Origin: a virus
Lineage: Duplodnaviria; Caudoviricetes
Reading direction: 5' to 3' (one strand)
IMG/VR virus record: IMGVR_UViG_3300044699_000129
Location: 1 to 54,528 of that record
Length of the DNA stretch: 54,528 bases
Under the pieces are notes generated by a model, which was not told where the DNA came from, ran no database searches, and saw only the letters and a list, made by a program, of their open reading frames with translations. Both the position numbers and the translations under genes were made by a program. This document shows, piece by piece, positions 23,867-34,347 of the stretch; positions within the stretch are counted from its first letter, which is position 1; every line of letters starts with the position of its first letter.

Positions 23867-25329
23867 CCGACGACCTGATTTTCACCCCACCGCCGACGCT
23901 CGACCGCTTCATGTGCTCCTCGGCCTACGGGCGCATCGCCGCCGGCCCGGTCGGATCGGGCAAGACCACCGCCTGCCTGATGGAGTTGTTCCGGCGCGCC
24001 TGCGAGCAGCGCCCGGCGTCCGACGGCAACCGCTACACCCGCTTCGCGGTGGTCAGACAAACCCTGAAGTCACTGAAGGACACTGTCCTCAAGGACTGCG
24101 AGACATGGCTCAGCGCGCGCGGGATCGGCGTATGGAAAGTCTCGGAGAGCACCTACCACATCAACTTCGACGACGTGCGCAGCGAGTGGGTGTTCCTGCC
24201 GTTGGAGGACGCGCAGGATCAGGCAAGACTGCTCTCGATGCAGTTGACCGGCGCGTGGCTGTCGGAGTGCATCGAGATGGACCTCGACATCTTGGGCCCG
24301 GTCACCGGCCGTGTCGGACGATATCCCAGCGGCGCACGCGGCCAGCCGACATGGGTCGGGATCATCGCCGACACCAACATGCCGACCGAGATGACGCCGT
24401 GGCAGACCTTCATGGAGAACCTGCCCCTCGACTGGGACAAGTTCATCCAGCCGTCCGGCATGTCGGAGGAAGCCGAAAACCTGCAGTGGCTGACCCAAAC
24501 CGACGAAAGCGTCAAGCTGCCCGAGACCCATCCGGTGCGGCTGGCACAGGACGCAAATACTACGAGCGCCTTGTCTCGATGCACGGCGCCGAGTCGGATT
24601 GGGTGAAGCGCTACGTTTACGCACAGTACGGCGACCGACCCGAGCGGCATGGCGGTGTTCAAGAACACCTTCAAGGCGTCATTCCACACCGTGGAGGACA
24701 CCCTCCTCATCCCGGGCTATCCATTGATCGTGGGACAGGACTTCGGGCGCAATCCGTGGTCGCTGATTTGCCAACCGGACCATATGGGCAGATTGTTGGT
24801 GCACGAGGAAGTGCCCGCCACCAATGTCGGTCTGGAGAAGCATGTCAATGAAAGCCTCAAGCCCAAGCTCACCACCGACAAGTATATTGGCTGGCGCGTT
24901 GCCACCGTGGGAGATCCGAGCGGCGTCGCGAAAGGCAGCATCGCTGAAGAAACATGTTTCGACGCTCTCAAGCGACTTGGACTGCCTGCATTCCCTGCTC
25001 CGACCAACGACATCGAGCCAAGACTACGGGCTGTTGAAGCGCTACTCGGTCGACAGGTTGGCGGCGGCCCTGCGCTCGTTATCTCGCGCCGAGGCTGCCC
25101 TAAGCTTTGCCGCGCGATGTCTGGAGGGTATCGTTTCATCAAGACCCAGCAGGGCGCGCTCAAGAGTGTCCCGGACAAGAACGACCCCGAAGGGTTCAGC
25201 CACGTCGCCGACTGCCTCCAGTACGTCGCGCTGATCGTGCACGGCGGCATGGTGCAGTGGATCACCACGCGGCTGAGCCCGCCGAAGCGCGCGGTGCAGC
25301 AGCGCGTCTCGGCGCTGGGCTGGACCTAG
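23863..25329 (+). CDS. terL: Terminase large subunit (frameshifts near 24550 and 24640)
   Basis: Walker A GPVGSGKT, RFAVVRQT, LTGAWLSE; nuclease domain GQDFGRNP, GDPSG, SHVADCLQY. Confidence 0.9.
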
Positions 25330-26182
25330 ATCTCGCTCAACGCGGACAGGCCGGCGGTGTCGGGCAGCGGGTCGTAAAACGTGATCGACACCAGCGCCTG
25401 CACCAGCGCATCGATCAATGCGGCGACCAGCGGATTGCCCGCCGGACGATCCGCACTGTCGAACATCGCGGTAATCGCTGTCGAACCATTCGCCGCCATG
25501 TCGATACGGCTTGCCGTGACGGTAACCGCAACAGCGTTGCGCGCCCCGGCGCCAACATTGAAGCAGTTGGTGATGCTCTGGTTAAGCGGACCGTTCCAGC
25601 TGGTGGCGCGCAGGCTGTTGCTCACCGCCGCGATGAAATCGACCTGTATGGCGTCGTTGCCATCGGCCGACAGCAAGGCGAGCGGTGACGGGTCGCCGCT
25701 CGCCGCCTGATAGAACTCGATGCGGATCGTGGCCGCGTTGAGCACGAGCGTGCGCGCCGCGCCGATCAGGGCCGGCGGACTGCCCGACACCGGATTGACG
25801 TAACCATCGGCCGTCAGATTGGCCGGGTCGTACAGGGTCTCGGCCCAGCCGTTGGTCGTGTTCACGTCTGTACCCAGCAGCGTGTCGACCGCGACCTCCG
25901 CACCATTGCTCCACGCACGTCCCGGCGCAATCAGGTCGATATGGATCACGGCGTTCTCGGGGACCCAGTCGGTCCCGCCGCCTTCCTCTATCGCGGTCTC
26001 GATCTGCCTCATTGGTCCTCCCGGCGCGTACTGATCGAGGGGGGTATCCACACCGACAGCATCGTAAAGCTGCCTGACGCAACCACCGGGCGCGTACTGA
26101 TTGTAGGCAACGCCCCCAGCGGCGTCACCAAGCTGCTTCATCACGCCACCGGATAGAGCTGGTTTGGAATGATGTCGGTCAT
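25326..26182 (-). CDS. Virion accessory protein: N-terminal triple QYxPGG module plus lectin-like C-terminal domain (1-nt indel near start)
   Basis: MTDIIPNQLY[P]GGVMKQL..NQYAPGG..DQYAPGG; beta-rich C-terminus. Confidence 0.55.
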
Positions 26183-26188
26183 GGGGGG

Positions 26189-27028
26189 TCAGGTTGGCGG
26201 TGGAATGGAAACGAGCGTATCGGCATCGACGTTGCCGGTCCACGTCGTCGGCGGGTTGACGTTCCACGTCGCATAGCCGAACTGCGGCCCGGCGCCATGG
26301 TGCCCCGGCTCCATGTGATTATTGGTGACATCCCACACGACCGTGTTGCCGTTGGCGCTGTCGCCGAGATTGAGCAGGCAGAGCATCACCGGGCCGGGCC
26401 GCATCAAATTGTGGTTGAGCGTGACGCTGATGTTGCCGAACGCATTGCCAAACTGCAGGATGGCGTTGGCGTCGGCGGCGCCGATCAGCGTGTTGTGGTC
26501 GATGATGATGCCAGTGCCGGACCCGCCGATCTGGATGTTGTCGTGGTGCGGGTCGGGAGCGGTGGCATCGAGGTCGTGGATGTAGTTGTCGCGGATCTCG
26601 TGGTTGTTATTGGTGAGGTAGATACCGTCCTCGCAATGGGCGATGTCGTTGAAGCGCATCATCGTGCCGACCGAGTCGTCGCACCAGATGCCCTTCAGTC
26701 CCTGCACCTGAGCGCCGTCGAGGTCGCAATACTCGATCACCACGCCAGTCTTGCCCGACGCCACATAAACCACGCCGCCGACCTGCCCGGGCTGCGCAGT
26801 AACGAGACAGTTGCGCAGCGTGACATTGTTGGCGTTGATCACCACGTAGCCATCGACCTGCATGTTCTGGTAGGTGCCCGGCGCGTTGATGTCCCAGTCA
26901 CCGCGCGGGGTGAGCGTGACGCCGTCCTGCACGCCGGTGGTGGCGGCATTGGGAAAATCGCTGGTCCCGCCGCCGCTATCATCAGTCGCGAACGCAACCC
27001 AGATCGCCTGCGAGACCAGATCGACCAC
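26189..27028 (-). CDS. Right-handed beta-helix (pectin lyase-like) protein, putative depolymerase or spike
   Basis: FPNAATTGV..., INANNVTLRNC, IRDNYIHDL, HHDNIQ, IIDHNTL: parallel beta-helix repeats. Confidence 0.75.
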   Translation of the reverse strand: MVDLVSQAIWVAFATDDSGGGTSDFPNAATTGVQDGVTLTPRGDWDINAPGTYQNMQVDGYVVINANNVTLRNCLVTAQPGQVGGVVYVASGKTGVVIEYCDLDGAQVQGLKGIWCDDSVGTMMRFNDIAHCEDGIYLTNNNHEIRDNYIHDLDATAPDPHHDNIQIGGSGTGIIIDHNTLIGAADANAILQFGNAFGNISVTLNHNLMRPGPVMLCLLNLGDSANGNTVVWDVTNNHMEPGHHGAGPQFGYATWNVNPPTTWTGNVDADTLVSIPPPT

Positions 27029-27031
27029 GGA

Positions 27032-27509
27032 TCACTTCCTCTTTTTCTTCTTCGTGGTGGTCTTCGGCTTGTCGTTCTGCTCGTCCTCGGGCTCGTCGTC
27101 CTCCTCGTGATCGTCGTACTCGTACTCCTCGTCTTCTTCCTCCGCCTTCACGGCAGCCGTGCCGGTCGGCCCGGTCGCGGGACCGGTCGGCCCGGTCGCG
27201 GGACCGGTCGGCCCGGTCGGGATCGCGACCTGCTCCTGATTGGGATCTATCGACCCCGGCGGCATCCACTCCGCGTCGAGCAGCCCGGCAGCCGGGCGTG
27301 CGCGCCACGATGGCCCCGGTCAGCTCGCCGGCCTTCTCCTCGATCACGGCGGCGATCTCGCGCACCTGCTCCGGGTCGTTGGCCGCTTCCTTCAGCTTGG
27401 CGGCGAGCCCGCGAAAGAGCTTGTCCCCCGACTGCTTCAGGTCGCGGGTCTCGAACGCATCGACGGCGAACGGCAGCAGGCGCGTCATCGCTTGGGTGAA
27501 CCACGACAT
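27032..27509 (-). CDS. Hypothetical protein with short GPT repeats, acidic tract and Lys tail (frameshift near 27285)
   Basis: AGGAG RBS; MSWFTQAMTRLL... continues in ORF 27032-27265. Confidence 0.55.
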
Positions 27510-27570
27510 GGAGGTCTCCTCTACCTATGGGCCATCAAACGGCCAAGTGTGCACACGATCAGTTAAAATT

Positions 27571-28197
27571 TCACGGCTTGGTGAACGTGCGTATCTCGCC
27601 GCCAACCCACGTGTTCGGCGTGGTCACCGACCAGCTGGTGGTCCACGCGCTGTTGTCGCTGGAATACTGCACGTCGAACGCGAGCGGCGAGTAGGCCGCG
27701 TTGGACGGGTGCGCCTGTATCATGACCTGCAGGATCGTCTTGGCGACACCGACACCGAAGTCGTACACCAGCTGCACCGCGCCGGGCAGCGAGCCGATGG
27801 CCGAGTGCCACGTGGTGGCGGGATCGTTGTCGAATGCGGCAGCCGGCGTGGCGGTAAGATTTCCCTGCGGCGACGACGCAGTGCCGGACCCGGTCTGGTC
27901 GGCGCCACCGCGGTTGCGCGCAGCTCCACCTCGGCGACGTTCATCGAGTTGTTGGCGTTGGTCGAGGTGACGTTGAGCCGCCAGTAGCGGTACCCGGTGG
28001 AATAGTTCGGCACCACCACGGTGGCGAGGCCGGCGACCGGCGCGGGGGTGGCGCATACGGTCTCGAAGGTGTTGCGCCCGTCGTCGGTCACGCTCACCCA
28101 GTTCGGGCAGCAACGTGCCGGTGACACCGGCGCCGAGGATGTTCACCTTGCGCAGGTGCTGGTGCTGGGTAGTGGTGACCACGACCGACTTGGGCAT
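27571..28197 (-). CDS. Discoidin/F5-8 type C (CBM32-like) domain protein (frameshifted)
   Basis: YRYWRLNVT...VAEVELRAT, AAFDNDPATTWHS, FDVQYSSDNSAWT. Confidence 0.65.
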   Translation of the reverse strand: MPKSVVVTTTQHQHLRKVNILGAGVTGTLLPELGERDRRRAQHLRDRMRHPRAGRRPRHRGGAELFHRVPLLAAQRHLDQRQQLDERRRGGAARNRGGADQTGSGTASSPQGNLTATPAAAFDNDPATTWHSAIGSLPGAVQLVYDFGVGVAKTILQVMIQAHPSNAAYSPLAFDVQYSSDNSAWTTSWSVTTPNTWVGGEIRTFTKP

Positions 28198-28202
28198 GAG
28201 GA

Positions 28203-28406
28203 CTAGTCCACCGGGTCGACGAGAAGACGGACCGCCCCGCCCGGGTCGTACTGGTCGGGCGGGGTCTCCACGCCGGCAGCGGCGCGCAGCTGCGCGATGA
28301 CCCCGCCGGGGTGATACTGGTCGAAGGTCACGCCACCCAGCGCATCGCCGATCTGGCTGAGCACGCCGCCGGGATAGTACTGGTTGAGCTGGTCGATCCG
28401 GGTCAT
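28203..28406 (-). CDS. 67-aa stand-alone triple QYxPGG module
   Basis: MTRIDQLNQYYPGG..DQYHPGG..DQYDPGG; GGGAG RBS. Confidence 0.7.
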   Translation of the reverse strand: MTRIDQLNQYYPGGVLSQIGDALGGVTFDQYHPGGVIAQLRAAAGVETPPDQYDPGGAVRLLVDPVD

Positions 28407-28822
28407 GAGAGGGGTACTCCCTGTGGCGGGCAGGCGCGCAGGGTGCGCACCGCCTCGGCCAGCCGCTCGCACTGGCCGGTGAGTTCTTCCAGCTTCTTGT
28501 CGAAGTTGCGCTGGATCAGGCCGTCGAACGCGACCTCGTGCGCCGGCAGCAGCAGGCGGGTGGCGTTCTGCACCGCAGCGGTGCGGTCGAGCACGGCCGA
28601 CGTGTCGATCATCGCGTCGGCCAAGGCGAGGACACCCTCCACATAGGCGAAGTCGAGCGGGCGCTCGTTGAATGGCGAAGCCACGCCGCGCTCGCAGATC
28701 GCGAGCAGCGTCAGGTGCAGGCAGGCGCGCACTTTCGATGCACAGAGGGTCTCTTCCTCCAGCAGCGCAAGCAGCGCGTCAAGATCGACACGCGACCTTG
28801 GAACGTAGGCGGGTGCGGGCAT
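28403..28822 (-). CDS. Hypothetical protein
   Basis: 139-aa ORF with stop overlapping the next start. Confidence 0.55.
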   Translation of the reverse strand: MPAPAYVPRSRVDLDALLALLEEETLCASKVRACLHLTLLAICERGVASPFNERPLDFAYVEGVLALADAMIDTSAVLDRTAAVQNATRLLLPAHEVAFDGLIQRNFDKKLEELTGQCERLAEAVRTLRACPPQGVPLS

Positions 28823-29429
28823 CGGGAGCCATCCGGGCCAAGAGTGCGGTCTTCGTTGCGGGGTCGAGGAAGTAGCCCTTGCCCCAGCTGGTGCGGATCA
28901 CGAAGGCTGGGTCGGCGAGGGCGAGCTTGCGCCTGAGCTTGCATATCATGACGTCGACCATCTTGGGATCGGTGGTTTCGGGCTGTGCCGGGCGCAGCTG
29001 GCGCGAGGCGCGCTGTGCCTCGACCACGGCGTGCAGCTTCTCCTTCTCGGCGAACAGGCAGCGCAATAATACGGCAAGGAAGCCCGCCTCCAGATTGGTC
29101 AGCCGGAAGGTCTGGCGGCAGAGGAATTCGAGGTCCGCGATGCCGAGCGGAGGAGCCGTAGCGGTACGGGCGTGGCCAATCGGCCAGTCGGTCTTGGGGA
29201 GAGAGGTTATTTCGCCGAGCCGCAGCGCGCGGTTGAGCAAGGCGATCACGCGGTCGTACGGGATGCGCAGGATCCGCGCGATGGCCTTGACCGGCACGCC
29301 CTCGTTGGCGGTGCGCACCGCCAGCATGTGGTCGGTCGGCGGGTAGGTGGTGGTGGTGACAAGGTGTGGATGCGCGGACGCATGCGCCGGCGCGGGCGGC
29401 GTGGCCACCCCCAACTGCAGCGAGGACAC
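28779..29429 (-). CDS. Transcription regulator: N-terminal HTH plus OmpR/PhoB-type winged helix resembling the CtrA DNA-binding domain; no receiver domain
   Basis: LTNLE..FL..LL....KEKL...DPKMVDVMICKLRRKL......IRTSWGKGYFL; N-terminal EGVPVKAIARILRIPYDRV; GTG start with GGAAGGGG RBS. Confidence 0.8.
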   Translation of the reverse strand: MSSLQLGVATPPAPAHASAHPHLVTTTTYPPTDHMLAVRTANEGVPVKAIARILRIPYDRVIALLNRALRLGEITSLPKTDWPIGHARTATAPPLGIADLEFLCRQTFRLTNLEAGFLAVLLRCLFAEKEKLHAVVEAQRASRQLRPAQPETTDPKMVDVMICKLRRKLALADPAFVIRTSWGKGYFLDPATKTALLARMAPDARTRLRSKVACRS

Positions 29430-29577
29430 GAGAACCCCTTCCCGGGAGCAGTCGGCGCCGTGGCGGGAAGGACAGGGAGAGGGTCCGGCAGGCACGCAAT
29501 GGGCGGGAAGGTACAACTGCCGGGAGGGTGTCAAGTCGGGTGATTGCTGGAGGTGGGGGTGGTTACCGTGGCGGTAA

Positions 29578-29976
29578 TCACATGTCACTTGGCGCCGAGG
29601 GCGGCAGGCCCGCCGCGACGCGCAGGTCGGCGAGCGAAGGGGAGTGCCCGGGCGGGAAGCTGTCCTTGTGGATGGCGTAGAGCCGGTCGAACTCCTCCAC
29701 CTGCGCCTTGGTGATGGCAGCCTGCCTGAGTTTCTTCTCAGCCATGTGGGCAGCGCGATATTTCTTGCGGTGGTTCTGCTGGTAGACGCGCATGCAGGCA
29801 TGGCAGTAGGCGGCGACGCGGCGCTGCTTGATGCCGCCGCAGGTGGGACAGACCGGCTGTCCGGTATTCTCGGCGCGGTTGGTGAGCTGGCCACGGGTTT
29901 GGTATATCGGCTTGTGTTGCAGGGCAGCACGGCGCAGGGCGTCGAGGCATTTTTCACGGTCGTCGAACCAGACCAA
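29578..29976 (-). CDS. Zinc-finger-containing hypothetical protein
   Basis: CPTC...CHAC followed by a basic helix. Confidence 0.55.
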   Translation of the reverse strand: MVWFDDREKCLDALRRAALQHKPIYQTRGQLTNRAENTGQPVCPTCGGIKQRRVAAYCHACMRVYQQNHRKKYRAAHMAEKKLRQAAITKAQVEEFDRLYAIHKDSFPPGHSPSLADLRVAAGLPPSAPSDM

Positions 29977-30185
29977 CTTTATATTTACGACCTCATTGAT
30001 CCATTCACGATGATACCAGAGGGAAGACTGTGGGCCACGGTGTGGCCCATGGCGAGTAGATTATTATCCTTATCGAACATTAAATAGAGCGCATAGGTGA
30101 ATTTATATTTGTCTTTCAGGGGGAAGCCGGGAGGGAGGGTCATTGTGGAGGGTCCCATCATGCGGTTGTTAATAGGTAGATATCA

Positions 30186-30215
30186 ATGCTAAGAGGATAT
30201 TATGTTAAAAGTCAA
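30186..30215 (-). promoter_or_regulatory. Sigma70-like leftward promoter
   Basis: Minus strand TTGACT-18 nt-TAGCAT with a TTAAC half-site in the spacer; just downstream of a terminator and upstream of the Zn-finger and CtrA-like genes. Confidence 0.4.
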
Positions 30216-30257
30216 GGGCTATAATTTTGACCCGGGCTCGCGCGGCGGATGCCGCGC

Positions 30258-30302
30258 AAAAAAGGCCACGCTCCCCGGGGGGTCTGCCCCGGGGAGCGTG
30301 GC
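30258..30302 (-). terminator. Rho-independent terminator
   Basis: 16-bp stem GCCACGCTCCCCGGGG/CCCCGGGGAGCGTGGC followed on the minus strand by CTTTTTT. Confidence 0.8.
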
Positions 30303-30336
30303 TGGCTAGGTCAGGCTAGGGGGATATTCTCAGTCC

Positions 30337-30627
30337 TCATCCTTGTCGACGAGGTAAGGTCTTGCAAGGCTCGCCGTCCTTGTCCTTGCCATCCGGCTTC
30401 ACTGCCCGATTGGCTTCGATGAATGCCCGAATATCGTCCGCCTTGTCGAGAATACGGGTCCATTGGGCATGGTAGTAGGTCACGGGGAAACGCTGAATGC
30501 CGTACAACGACAATCCGCCCTTTTTCGACACTTTCATGGGAATGTTTTGCTTTGTGGCCAGCATGGCCTGCAGGAAAGCCTCGGCTTCCTTCTCGTTCAT
30601 TCCCTTGATTTGCTTGAGAATAGACAT
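30337..30627 (-). CDS. Small hypothetical protein
   Basis: MSILKQIK...KVSKKGGLSLYGIQRFPVTYY..QW; GGAG RBS; has its own terminator. Confidence 0.7.
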   Translation of the reverse strand: MSILKQIKGMNEKEAEAFLQAMLATKQNIPMKVSKKGGLSLYGIQRFPVTYYHAQWTRILDKADDIRAFIEANRAVKPDGKDKDGEPCKTLPRRQG

Positions 30628-30689
30628 GTTTTCAGCTCCAGATATTCCGGAAACCGCCGGATCGGCACCCCAGCCGCGCCGAACCACAG

Positions 30690-31400
30690 GTAAATAGCCT
30701 GCAGGACTATATTCGACAGCTCACGCACTCAATAAAACTAGGAGACAAATCCCCGAATGAATTAATAAATCCATCAATGGATCTATCTTCACAACCAGCA
30801 GATTTATAGGCCAACCTTAAAATCTACAGAAATTCGTCGGCCTTACTTTGGTCACTATTTTAATTCGTATAAACCTCTGGCATACCAGTATATATGTCCA
30901 AACAAGCCTAATCTTCACAACCAGTGGAATTATTGGACAAGATTAAAATCTGCAGGACCCGAGGTATGCAGGATTAATAGGGCTGAAAGGGCTAAAAAGG
31001 TGTCTAAATACCGGTGTTAATATGTCCTGATGCCAAAAAATGCTGCCACCACTAACCAATTGAAACGGCAGGATAATCGGCATGAGTGAGCAGCTGGCTA
31101 GCGTTTTTCGGCAGAGCGATTTATGGAAACACACCGATCTAGGGTAAATTTAATTGCGGGCCAATTATTCTTTTACTCTCTCTTATGGAACAAAGCATGA
31201 ATATGTAGTGATATCAATGACTTAGCAAATATGTCCCTGTGGTATCCGAATATTGGTTACAACCAAAAATTTTTTGCAACCATCTAAGGCTACTCTGCCG
31301 TCCCGAAAAGTCTCTCTGTCGAAAACCGCTGGTAGCTAACCACTGATCGTAAATAGATATGCATGCTCTGCATGCATGCCGGCAAAACCGCCAAGCAGCC
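30690..31400. other. AT-rich non-coding divergence region (candidate origin, genome terminus or early promoter region)
   Basis: Sharp drop in GC, no credible ORF, transcription diverges on each side. Confidence 0.6.
30785..30955 (+). repeat. Imperfect 45-bp direct repeat x2
   Basis: 30785-30829 vs 30911-30955, 37/45 identical (ATCTTCACAACCAG...TTAAAATCTRCAG). Confidence 0.85.
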
Positions 31401-31476
31401 GGGGTGGTTCGGCGCGGCCGGGGCGGCGGCGAAATTCCGTTCGCCCCGACACACAGCGCACTGAAAGGACAATCCA

Positions 31477-33436
31477 ATGCGCAAGCATCAAGCATCCCAG
31501 CTGCTCGCCACCTTCGCCCTCGACCTCACCGACCCGGGCGCCACTCATGCCGTCAGCAAGCAGCGCCGTTCGCGCCGCCGCCTGACCAACTGGCTGCGCG
31601 AGCACCGTACCGAACGCGAGGATCTACAGCAGCGCGTCCGGCAGGGCCTGCTGCAGGCGAAAGGACAGTGATCGTGCCGTACGACGCCAGCCGCAAATTC
31701 CAGCTTGCCCGCGTGCCGCTCGACCGCGGTGGTTACGACCGCATGGGCAGCTACTGGGGCGTGGACATGCCACTCTACCTCGCGCTCAGCGACGACGGAC
31801 AGGTCGACCACTATGTCCGCGCCCATGACCGCGACGGCGCCAAGCGCGCCGTTGCACTGATCTACCCCGACGCGAAATTCCATCGTTGAAAGGACACCCC
31901 ATGCCGCACTTCGCCATCACCAGACAGCAGCGCGAGGCGTTGTTCCGCGTCTTCCAGCGTGACTTCCCGTCGTGGGTATCCCCCACGCGGCGCTACCAGA
32001 CCGACCAACCCTGCCCGCACTGCGGGCAGGGGGGCAGCCCCATCGTCAAGGTGCCCACGCTGCAGTGGCGCAAATTCCGCAGGCAGGTCCTGCCGACGTT
32101 CTTCCGCGATGGCTCGATCACCGTGCCGTGGCAGGGGATGTGGTTGTGCATAGAAAAATGTGGCTACACCCACAGCTAGGCTTCACCCGTGGTTCGGCGC
32201 GACGGGGGACGTTCCCGTCGCGCCGTTTGCGCACTGACAATCAACGAAAGGACACTCCCAACATGACTGCAAAACGCATACCCTACACGCTCAGCATCAA
32301 GGGCGATGAGACAATCGCCTACGCTGCCTGCCGCCAGTACAAGCTGGAGATCACCTCCATCGCCAAGCACGAGCGCTTCAACTCGTGCATCGTTACCGTC
32401 GCGGCAACCGACCGGCTCGCAGCCATCGTCGAGTGGTTCTGCAGCCCGAAACTGCCACTCGACGGCTTCGGCTACCCCGCCGGCACGCTGCTCTGGTACG
32501 GCGAGCACATCGTGCCCGGGCCGCTGGACAGCGCGGAAAGAGGAGACAGCGCATGACATCCGCCAGCCTGATCATGTGTATCGCGCAACTGGGCTTCGAT
32601 GCCGGCTACCAAGCCGGCTTCGAAGCCGGCGTGAAGCACACCGCGCAGCATGAAGCTGCGCGGGCTGCGTGGGACGAGGCCGCGCTCAACAAGGCGATGG
32701 ACGCCCGCATCGAGGCGCTGCTCGACGAGTGCGGCATCAACACCGCCGTGGACAGCCGCATCGATGACTTCGTTGCCAGACTGAAAAGAGACAGCGCATG
32801 AAACGCGACCGGTATGGCCTGCACTGGCTGCACTACATCCTGATTGCCGTGTTCGTTTACGTGACGTGGCCGCTGTCGGTTGTCGTGCTGGTGATGTTCG
32901 GCATCGCGAAAGTGGACGAGCACATGCGGGGAAACAGCAAATGAGCAGACGCAAAACATCCCGCATCACGCTGGACAACGCCGATGCGCTGTTCCAGCGC
33001 GATGCCGTCAACGTGATCGGCAGGCTGACCGCATACACGCGGCGCTGGTACGGCGAGCGTTGCCGCGACTACGAGCCGGAATGCGCCTGCTGCGCTATGT
33101 GGCAAGCGGTCAGGCTGGTCACGGAGAACGGCCCATGAGCACATTCCTCGTCTGGCCACAGCGCGGCTTCGTGGACTACTGCACCATCGAGACATGGTTC
33201 CTCGATGCCGTCGCCAACAACCAGATCGGCCCGGAGCACTTCCGTGCCCGCACCGAGCACGAGATGGCACTGGCCCTGCAGGACGCAGGGCTGGTCACCT
33301 TGGGCAACCCCGCCAACCACCACAGAAAGGACAACCTGTGAATACACCGCTGCTCTACGCAGTCATCGACGCCTACCCGTGGCTGCCGATCGGCCTACTC
33401 GTGCTGTACCTGATCCTATCCCTCGCCAAGCCCTGA
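31477..33436 (+). CDS. Cluster of nine small early genes (31477-31671, 31668-31889, 31901-32179, 32263-32556, 32553-32801, 32798-32944 membrane, 32941-33138, 33135-33341, 33338-33436 membrane)
   Basis: Chained ATGA/GTGA overlaps and AAAGGA/AGGAG RBSs; no recognisable families. Confidence 0.7.
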
Positions 33437-33443
33437 GACAGGA

Positions 33444-33501
33444 TTTGTGGGCACTCCCCACAAACCCGCTATTGGACTCCCCACAAACAATACGCTATGC
33501 T
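33444..33501 (+). promoter_or_regulatory. Palindromic operator TTTGTGGGCACTCCCCACAAA plus a half-site overlapping a sigma70-like promoter
   Basis: 33444-33464 near-perfect palindrome; TTGGAC...TATGCT with CTCCCCACAAA in the spacer. Confidence 0.55.
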
Positions 33502-33642
33502 GTCCCCAGCTGCTACGTGCCCTTCGGGCACACCACCAAGCTGTTGCCGTGGTTCGGCGCGGCGGGGGATGCGGCGCCGCCGTTGCCGTCGCGGCAACGG
33601 TGGCGCCGGTTTCAACCCGCATGGAAACGAAAGGACATTCTC

Positions 33643-34347
33643 ATGCAAGCCGCTACCACAAACATCACCGCAATCCCCAACAAGCCCACCTTCGAGAGCC
33701 TGCTGGGCGACGCCAAGCGCCTCGGTGCCGACCGGGGGCGTTCCAAGGACGCCCAGCTCGAATTCGACATGATGCTGTTCGAGAACAGCTACAAGGGCAC
33801 GCTCTCGCTCGACCGCAACCGGCACGGCACCGGGCGCAGCGACGCCCTCGTGCTGAGCGAGGCCTATGTCCGTGCCGCCAACGCCACCGCCAAGTTCGAC
33901 CCCAAGGGCGACAGCGAGAAGCGCCTCGTCAGCAACGCCAACAAGCTCATCGAGGTGGGCTCGTCCACCAAGTGGGGACGCGGCCAGCCGATGGCGTGGG
34001 TGCAGGACTTCGTCGACTTCTGGCGTGGGGTGCGCTCGAAGGACCCGCTCGCCCTGAAGAAGCTCCCGGCCGGCAAGACCCCGAAGGAACTGAACGACGT
34101 GCACAACGCCCTGATGCGGCTGCTCACCGTGCAGAAGCGTCTGGACACGCTGTTGCCGGACAACGAGCGCAATCTCTATGCGTTCAAGACTGCCAGCCAA
34201 AACGAGGATACCGAGGTCACCCGGCTGGAGGCCGCCCGCAAGGCGCTGCAGAAGTGCCAGAAGAATGGCGACAGGTCCAAGGAGGTGGCAGACGCCCGCG
34301 ACCTGCTCACCAAGCGGCTGGCCGACATCGCCAAGGGCGTGAAGTAG
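33643..34347 (+). CDS. Hypothetical basic helical protein
   Basis: MQAATTNITAIPNKP... with AAAGGA RBS. Confidence 0.75.
   Translation: MQAATTNITAIPNKPTFESLLGDAKRLGADRGRSKDAQLEFDMMLFENSYKGTLSLDRNRHGTGRSDALVLSEAYVRAANATAKFDPKGDSEKRLVSNANKLIEVGSSTKWGRGQPMAWVQDFVDFWRGVRSKDPLALKKLPAGKTPKELNDVHNALMRLLTVQKRLDTLLPDNERNLYAFKTASQNEDTEVTRLEAARKALQKCQKNGDRSKEVADARDLLTKRLADIAKGVK

Noticed and set aside
29430-29957. 392-aa ORF 28779-29957 as one protein
   Set aside because: The upstream half overlaps the Zn-finger ORF in another frame and reads as noise; an RBS-backed GTG at 29429 is the better start.
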